Shown here in pieces: positions 37,643 through 44,067 of a DNA stretch of 44,067 nt. Both the position numbers and the translations under genes were made by a program. The stretch covers positions 1 through 44,067 of the forward strand of contig DAIDJN010000076.1 of assembly GCA_027451365.1 (NCBI GenBank), read 5' to 3'. Under the pieces are notes generated by a model. That model did not search any database. It saw nothing but the letters and a program-made list of their open reading frames with translations, and was not told the DNA's origin. This DNA comes from Phycisphaerales bacterium. GTDB taxonomy: Bacteria > Planctomycetota > Phycisphaerae > WQYP01. Within the stretch, counting starts at the first letter, position 1, and each line of letters starts with the position of its first letter.

Positions 37643-39301
37643 ATGGCCGAAACATTCTGGCTTTGGATCGGTTCATGCGTTGGCGCCATTTTATTGCTGC
37701 TGGCGGGCACTGCGGCGCTGCGCGGCGTGGGGGTATTTAAGCCGCAGCACATTATCATTTCCCGGCAAACCACCTGGATTACCGGCCCGTTGGATAAAGA
37801 TGGAGGGGTGGATTACGCCGCCTGGCTAAACCAGCGCGACAGCCGAGGCGTTACGCCGGCAAACAACGCCGTGGTCGCACTGCCGAAAATCACGGGAACC
37901 GGGCCGGGTGTGCTGGGCAATAAAACCGTGACCAGAAAAATTCTCCATACGCTTGGTATCAAACCACCGGATGTCCCGCATCCTTTTATGTCATTCTTTA
38001 AATATGAGAAACTGCATGACTTAAAGAATAAAAAAGGCCTGCCAAGTGGCGTGGGGCACCACCCCTGGGCCGCGGCGCAGCACCCGCACATCGCGGCGTG
38101 GCTGGCTGGCCAGCACACGGCATTGGCCGAAGCGACGGCTGCGGCTCGCATGAAGCACGCCTATTTTCCCGTGTTTGTGTTAAAGCGAAGCGGGTGTTTG
38201 GATATGGATTCTCCTTTTTATCTTTTGGGCGACATAGCCAATATTTCGGAAGCGTTTGCCGCCCGAAGCATGCTTCTGGCCAGTTCTGGCGATTATGCCG
38301 GAGCATGGCGCGACATTGTCACGATTCACAAGCTTGGCAATTTGGCCGGCCGCGGACCATTTCTGCTCAATTTGCTGACATGTGATACCGTCAATTCAAT
38401 CGCGATGAGCCAAGTGGAATCGTTGGCAAAAACAGGCAAAATACCCGCATCTTTGTGCAAACACTGGCTGGTCTCGCTGCGGCGTTGGCAAAAGGTTCCG
38501 TCCCTGGCCGCCGCATTCAACACCGGAGAGCGACTGGCTGGATTAACCCATTTTCAATATTGGGCCACCCATGGTCTTGCCGGATTTTCCCGTGATCTAA
38601 ACCCCGGACATATGCGTGGATCGCGATTGAATTTCAACGCCATGATGGTCAGATGGAACACTATTTGTAACCGAATCGTTATCGCCGCGCATAAGGCGAC
38701 GTATAAAGAGGAACAAATCGCATTGAATCAGGCCTGCTTTTGGTACGACCAATTCAGCGATGCGGACTTCGCGCCCATGGCAAGCCAAATGCCCGCCAGG
38801 CTGGTCGCCAAACGATTGATCGACTACGGCTTCAACGTGCCAATTTGGCCCGCAGTTTTACTTGCATCGGAGCGAAGCGAGCGGAACATGGCCCGCGTTG
38901 GGCTGGCGCTGGCTGCGTTTCGCGCCGCAAATGGCGTATATCCGCCCGCGCTGGCGACTCTTATTCCCAAATATTTCAAGACCGTCCCGAGTAATGCGTT
39001 TACGGGCAAACCCTTGCATTATTGTGATGGCAAGAATTCCCATGGCTATCTGCTTTACTGCTTTGAAATCAGTGGCGGGTCGAAAAAGTCACATGTAAGC
39101 GGCGAATTAACCCTTACGTCCAATTGGCCCGGCCCCAAAATTCGTCGGTGGATTAATCTGCCAATAGGCGTTACGAAAAACATGTGGAGGCATCGGCGCT
39201 GGTATAACCTGCCTACGCTGGTTACGTGCCATTGCAAACCAGCCCCGCAGACTCAACCGACACCCAAATTGCCTAAAGGCTTTCCGTCACTTGGCCGGTA
39301 A
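37643..39301 (+). CDS. Hypothetical membrane-anchored exported protein with GspG-like C-terminal motif
   Basis: N-terminal TM; ISRQTTWITGPLDKDGGVDY and GVTPANNA motifs (recalled from planctomycete hypothetical proteins); LALAAFRAANGVYPPALATLIPKY...FTGKPLHY. Confidence 0.75.
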   Translation: MAETFWLWIGSCVGAILLLLAGTAALRGVGVFKPQHIIISRQTTWITGPLDKDGGVDYAAWLNQRDSRGVTPANNAVVALPKITGTGPGVLGNKTVTRKILHTLGIKPPDVPHPFMSFFKYEKLHDLKNKKGLPSGVGHHPWAAAQHPHIAAWLAGQHTALAEATAAARMKHAYFPVFVLKRSGCLDMDSPFYLLGDIANISEAFAARSMLLASSGDYAGAWRDIVTIHKLGNLAGRGPFLLNLLTCDTVNSIAMSQVESLAKTGKIPASLCKHWLVSLRRWQKVPSLAAAFNTGERLAGLTHFQYWATHGLAGFSRDLNPGHMRGSRLNFNAMMVRWNTICNRIVIAAHKATYKEEQIALNQACFWYDQFSDADFAPMASQMPARLVAKRLIDYGFNVPIWPAVLLASERSERNMARVGLALAAFRAANGVYPPALATLIPKYFKTVPSNAFTGKPLHYCDGKNSHGYLLYCFEISGGSKKSHVSGELTLTSNWPGPKIRRWINLPIGVTKNMWRHRRWYNLPTLVTCHCKPAPQTQPTPKLPKGFPSLGR

Positions 39302-39581
39302 AAAAACGTCAGTGGACGCCAAGCGGCCCGTGCCTCATTCTGCAATATGCGGCGCGCGACATGGTATAAAATCACAAAATGGCGTGACAGTCGTTTTGAG
39401 AATTCAATTAATCCGATCGGACCGCAAGCTGTAAAATTGCCGATACTTCGGCGGCTGCCGCAATGGCCAGCAACAGTCATTCGCCAGATTTGTGAATTAT
39501 GGCAGCCTTGGGCGGCATTAAATCCGCGCTTTGCGGCCCGCCTGAATTGCCCCGCCAACGGCCTTTTAAAACGCAGATCAT

Positions 39582-39607
39582 TTGACATTTTCTAGTTAAC
39601 CGGTAAA
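39582..39607 (+). promoter_or_regulatory. Putative GH31 promoter with LacI-type operator candidate
   Basis: TTGACA at 39582-39587; near-palindrome TTAACCGGTAAA with central CG at 39596-39607, in the spacer/-10 region. Confidence 0.35.
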
Positions 39608-39665
39608 GCTGTCGTTTAACAAAAATCTATTCGGCGTTTTAGAAGGCGTATTTGGAGTGATTTCA

Positions 39666-42600
39666 ATGCCACATCGTAGGGATTTCCTTAAAATTGCATC
39701 GGCCGCAGCCCTTACATCGACGGTTATCGGGCGTGTTCATGGTGATGCCGCCCCGGCAATGGGCGCTGTGTCGACCTCTGGTGTTCATGAGGGTGGCCTG
39801 AAAATTGCGGTCGGCCCCGACACCCTGCTGGCTAAAGCCATTTCGCCGAATATCCTGCGCCTGGACCTGCTGGCCGGTGGCAAAAGCGATCCACACACTC
39901 CAGTCCTTGACCCCCAAGCCAAATTTGCGGCCGAACCATCAAGCAAACTGGACGCTGCGGGAAGTCCCATCAGCCTGCGGACCAGCGAATTTGAATTGCG
40001 TATCAGTCGCGACCCTTGTCGGCTTACGATTCTGGATAAATCCGGAAAGATACTGCTGGATCAACACGGCGGCCAAAGCCTGCATGTGAACCCGAAAAAT
40101 CAGGCTCAATCCGGATTTGAATTCGGGCACGATAAAAATGCTGATTTTTACGGCATTCATACCTCCGCCTGCTGGTCCAAAAAGCATCAGCCAGTGCTTA
40201 AAAACGGCACTGGCGTTGCCCACGATACCTACAAGATTGAGGCGTCCATTGAAGGCGGCGGCGGCGCGCCATTCACCTGGACCACTGCGGGCTTCGGCAT
40301 TCTGGTGGACAGCGATGGCGGCTATTTCCAGATGAAATCCGGAGAAATCGGGTTTTATTACGGCAACCCGAACCCGCAGAATTATGGCCGCAATTTCGCC
40401 CGTCCCAACAGTCTGACGGTGTTCATTATGGTGGGCGGCGCGAAGGATATTTTCCGCGGCCTGGCGATGGTCAGCGGCAAAATGCCGATGTTTCCCAAGT
40501 GGGTATATGGATTCACCAATTCCCAATGGGGCACGAACCAGCATCTGCTGCGCGAATATCTGGAAACGTACCGCGCCCGGGACATTCCCATTGACAACTT
40601 CACCCTCGATTTTGACTGGAAAGACTGGGGCGCGAGCAATTACGGCGAATTCCGCTGGAATCCGGTGAAATATTCCGAGGCTCTGTTTACGCCGGATAAT
40701 CCCGACGCGCTGATCAACTGGACGCGCGAACTGGAATGCAAAATTACGGGCATCATGAAGCCGCGTATTATTATCAGCACAGTCAAAGGCCATCTTGAGC
40801 CAATGACCACACAGGGGGCGTCGGCAAAAAAACTGGACATTTATTCGCCCACGGAAAAGCCGTTCGCCGATTATTTTTCCGGTCTGATGTCGATAGATAT
40901 AGATTTTTACAATCCGCTGGCGCGGCAATGGTACTGGAACGCCACATGGAAACACCAGTGCATGCAGCAGGGTATCGCCGGCTTCTGGAACGATGAAGCG
41001 GATTCTCCGGCAACCGGAAATTTTGAATTCATGTACATGCAGCAGGCCTTGTGGGACGGGCAGCGGCGCGACCGGCCGCGAAATCGGGTCTGGTCCATTA
41101 ACCGCAATTTTTACCTTGGGTCGCAGCGTTATGCCTACGCCACATGGTCCGGGGATATTGACACCGGCTTTCATGTCATGCGGCAGCAGACGGTCGCCAT
41201 GATCAACACCATTAATCTTGGTCAAATGCGCTGGGCACAGGATACTGGCGGCTTTAACGGGCACCCGACCCCCGAAGTCTATACCCGCTGGTTCCAGTTT
41301 ACGGCGGTATGCCCGACATTACGCACGCATTGCACGCTGGGCGAACGCCGCCAGCCCTGGGTATATGGGGATCAGGCATGTGAAACCGTCAAGCAGGCGA
41401 TCCGACAGCGATACAGCTGGTTCTTCTACACCTATGCACTTGAACATGCAGCCTGCGTGGACACGGGTGTGGGTATTGTGCGACCGCTGACTTTCGATTA
41501 TCCGGATGATCCGAATGTCGCGACCATGTCCGACCAGTGGATGTTTGGCGACTGGATTTTGGCCGCGCCGATTATGGAAAAAATGGGAACGGGCCAGGGC
41601 GAAACAATGACGCGGCGCATCTATTTGCCGGCCGGTGAATGGACCGATTACTTCCGCGGAACCCGCCACAAGGGCGGCCAATGGATTGATTACGCCCTGA
41701 ATTCAAACAGTTGGAATGACTGGCCACTGTTTATTAAAGATGGTGCGATTATTCCGCTGGCCGATCCGGTCCGCGCCATTCATACATCCAAGCCGGAACT
41801 GGTGTATCTGGATGTATTTCCCGCGGAAAAGCCCACGCACGGTGAATTTTATGATGATGATGGCGAATCCTATGACTATCAAACAGGGCATTTCCATCAG
41901 CAGCTTATTTCCGCCCGAAAGACACAGAATGGAGACGATGTTCATATCGGTGCCAGGCAAGGCACCTATAACTCCAGCGTCAAAAGTTTTGTAGTCCGTC
42001 TGCACGGGCGGGCCGCGGCAATGGTACACGCCAACGGACGCGCTTTGCCCCATGCCGCCAGCGCTGCGGCGTTGGAAAAGGCAGCCTCAGGCTGGTGCGC
42101 GGATATGGATGTATACGGCCCGGTTACACTGGTGAAGGTGCCGGCAGGCCAACTCGATTCTCTGGTCATCTCGGCCGCGGGCAGCCAGCGCGTAGTCAAA
42201 ACAGAGGAAATATTGACTGCGGGTGATGCGTCGCTTTCCGGTCCAACACCGCAAACAGTCCCGCTAAAGTCGAATAACGGCATGTATGTGGATGCCAGCC
42301 TGTTCGGTCCGATTCCGGATACCCGCAATACGGTTGCCACGAATCATTCCGGCTTTACTGGCAATGGTTTTATAGCTGGATTTACCTCTGTTGGAACAGG
42401 TGCGACGTTCTATTTGCGGCGGGCGAAGGCGGGGAACTATCTGGCACGATTCCGCGTAGCCAATGGCGCGCCAACCACCACACAGACGCTCAATGTGTAT
42501 GTCAACGGAGTGCAGTTCGGCGTTCTGAAAATCCCCGGTCTGCCGAATTGGAACGCGTGGCAGGAACTGCCGATGTATCTTCCGCTTGCGTCGGGATGTA

Positions 42601-42686
42601 ATTCTATCATGCTGCGGCGTGATGCGGAAAATACCGGTGACGTAAATCTGGATTGTCTGAAGGTTTCCTGCGAAAATAATACGTAA
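39666..42686 (+). CDS. Tat-exported glycoside hydrolase family 31 with C-terminal CBM35/CBM6-like module
   Basis: Twin-arginine HRRDFLK; IPIDNFTLDFDW, nucleophile region GFWNDEAD, acid/base WSGD, DTGGF, RWFQF, YDDDGESYDY; CBM-like NHSGFTGNGF...LNVYVNG...VNLD. ATG at 39666 has an upstream GGAG. Confidence 0.93.
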   Translation: MPHRRDFLKIASAAALTSTVIGRVHGDAAPAMGAVSTSGVHEGGLKIAVGPDTLLAKAISPNILRLDLLAGGKSDPHTPVLDPQAKFAAEPSSKLDAAGSPISLRTSEFELRISRDPCRLTILDKSGKILLDQHGGQSLHVNPKNQAQSGFEFGHDKNADFYGIHTSACWSKKHQPVLKNGTGVAHDTYKIEASIEGGGGAPFTWTTAGFGILVDSDGGYFQMKSGEIGFYYGNPNPQNYGRNFARPNSLTVFIMVGGAKDIFRGLAMVSGKMPMFPKWVYGFTNSQWGTNQHLLREYLETYRARDIPIDNFTLDFDWKDWGASNYGEFRWNPVKYSEALFTPDNPDALINWTRELECKITGIMKPRIIISTVKGHLEPMTTQGASAKKLDIYSPTEKPFADYFSGLMSIDIDFYNPLARQWYWNATWKHQCMQQGIAGFWNDEADSPATGNFEFMYMQQALWDGQRRDRPRNRVWSINRNFYLGSQRYAYATWSGDIDTGFHVMRQQTVAMINTINLGQMRWAQDTGGFNGHPTPEVYTRWFQFTAVCPTLRTHCTLGERRQPWVYGDQACETVKQAIRQRYSWFFYTYALEHAACVDTGVGIVRPLTFDYPDDPNVATMSDQWMFGDWILAAPIMEKMGTGQGETMTRRIYLPAGEWTDYFRGTRHKGGQWIDYALNSNSWNDWPLFIKDGAIIPLADPVRAIHTSKPELVYLDVFPAEKPTHGEFYDDDGESYDYQTGHFHQQLISARKTQNGDDVHIGARQGTYNSSVKSFVVRLHGRAAAMVHANGRALPHAASAAALEKAASGWCADMDVYGPVTLVKVPAGQLDSLVISAAGSQRVVKTEEILTAGDASLSGPTPQTVPLKSNNGMYVDASLFGPIPDTRNTVATNHSGFTGNGFIAGFTSVGTGATFYLRRAKAGNYLARFRVANGAPTTTQTLNVYVNGVQFGVLKIPGLPNWNAWQELPMYLPLASGCNSIMLRRDAENTGDVNLDCLKVSCENNT

Positions 42687-43133
42687 CCGGTTGGTGCGGC
42701 TTATTGGCAAAGTCCGGGCAACCGGAAAAACCGCGACTGATTCCGCGACATAAACCCGCGCGGCCCGATCACCGAAACCGACGTGCCCGCCGTGTCTATC
42801 GGAAAAATGTTTCGCGCCAGATTGGGTATCTGAATCTGGATTGCGAACCGCTGGCGTAAACTGGGAATCCAGATACGCCTGCGGGTTGGAGGTTACATTG
42901 GGCGGAAGGAATCCGTGCAGGTCCGGAGAAAATACAACCCGCTGCTGCCGTATAATCGTTCCTGCTTTCCGGAGCCGCCAACTCGCCACTCGGCCCGTCA
43001 GGGAAACCGATACCGGATTCTGCTGGCCGAAAATTCCCTGACCACAGCGTTGGGTCGGCGCGGCACCGGGCAGACAGGAGCTTGACATCACCAGAGGCTG
43101 GTTCCGCCGGATGATGAATCCCTGCTGTTTCAG

Positions 43134-43610
43134 AGGGTCTGTGGCGATATCTGATACCTCGTTCAGAACGCGCCCATCGCTCCAACTTCTCGGGAATTCA
43201 CTTTTACCTGGAACTCCCCGCCCAGGTCCGTGGCCTCCGCCTGTGGCAACGCCTTCTAAGATGTGTTGTTGGCCCTTGGCATCGGTGAGGTTGAGATTTG
43301 GTTCACCCTTTGCGGCAAGAGTATCACCCACCGCCGAATCGTACCGACCAATGGAGTTTTCCCGTTGCAATTCAAGGCTTTGCGGCGTCTGAATCGGATG
43401 CAATTGGAGCATTCCTGCGGAATTTTCCCGGACGCGGTTTTGCGGGGTGCAAGGCGTTTTGGCTGATACGCTGGACGGACCAGCCAGGCCAGAAGCCAGG
43501 GCGATTAAAGCGGCTAAAAGAAAAAGGATCAGGGCGGAGGCCCTGTGCCCGGACGCGCCACGCGTCGTGGGTTTGCCGGAGAGAATCGCATTTTCTTCAG
43601 CCGCTGACAT
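43134..43610 (-). pseudogene. Secreted polymorphic-toxin-like gene with truncated bacterial EndoU nuclease domain
   Basis: Hydrophobic signal-like segment, linker ending LAAK, then HILEGVATGGGHGPGRGVPGKSEFPRSWSDGRVLNEVSDIATDP. Similarity stops there and the frame runs on into the antisense strand of the GH31 gene. Confidence 0.65.
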
Positions 43611-43769
43611 GGACAACAGTTTAACAGGTGGAACCGGACCGGGGAAACATTTCGTTGATGGGTTGTCAATACGCGTCGCACCGGTCCCACCTTGATTTCC
43701 CTACGACATCTCGCACCGCAAGACGGGGGTTTCATTGCCCTGCGGTGATGGAGCGGAACCAGACCGAGA

Positions 43770-44010
43770 ACGAAATTACAATCCGACGGTGTCAACGAGC
43801 GGTTTAAAAGAAAAACCTCACCACAGGCCGCTTGTGCAGCAATGCGCAAAAATGGCGGCATCCGCACGCCAGAGGAAGTTTATCGCGGTCGCGCGCCGCC
43901 GCCGAAACCGATCGCTTACCGCGCCGTGGATAAAGTGCGCATTGACGTCGAGATGAAGCGTCGCCACTTCCGCCGCGATTTCCATTCGCCGATGGCGTTG
44001 TTGATGGTGC
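43770..44010 (+). mobile_element. Possible remnant of an integrase-core (rve) transposase C-terminus
   Basis: YN...KPH in one frame and GIRTPEEVYRGR in another resemble the YNxxRPHxxLgxxTPxEvy tail. No DDE core or terminal repeats are visible. Confidence 0.3.
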
Positions 44011-44067
44011 ATCGGCACGCTATAATAATTTTGTGCAGCTAAGGTGAATCATGGCGTGTCTTGAAGC

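Noticed and set aside
42264..43616. Full 450-aa ORF as an intact gene
   Set aside because: It overlaps the convergent GH31 by 423 nt and loses recognisable similarity after DIATDP, so it is treated as a truncated toxin relic.
1..44067. CRISPR arrays, tRNA/rRNA genes, prophage or intact IS elements
   Set aside because: No regularly spaced repeats, cloverleaf/T-loop signatures, phage genes or complete transposases were seen by eye. tRNAscan and Infernal would be needed to exclude small RNAs.

Overview
A mostly housekeeping, GC-rich bacterial chromosome segment. The gene families suggest a Planctomycetota (Phycisphaerae-like) host, and the Glu-poor, basic exported proteins suggest an acidophile; both are inferences. 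Core genes are trpB, an MFS transporter, an RlmI-type methyltransferase, type III glutamine synthetase, a XylR-type regulator, a detached nuoDEFG block, pyrG, an MFS-acyltransferase fusion, a TlpA-type thioredoxin, an aldehyde dehydrogenase, a GT9, gcvP, imuA, mreD and a Tat-exported GH31-CBM enzyme. Small accessory modules are interspersed. The best candidate for an undescribed system is a translationally coupled ABC/AAA_21 ATPase + TOPRIM-like nuclease pair (35737-37580), a possible PARIS/split-OLD-like defence module. The others are a non-canonical hicB-hicA pair between two pilin paralogues and a truncated secreted EndoU-type toxin gene near a possible IS remnant. Regulatory signals readable in the DNA are a sigma54 promoter with NtrC-like sites upstream of GSIII, a Rex-like operator upstream of nuoD, and a perfect 10-bp direct repeat over the imuA promoter (candidate SOS box). 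PyrG has His-Pro-Cys in place of the usual His-Pro-Glu of the glutaminase triad. I saw no rRNA, tRNA or CRISPR array. All calls come from motif recognition by eye; no searches were run.
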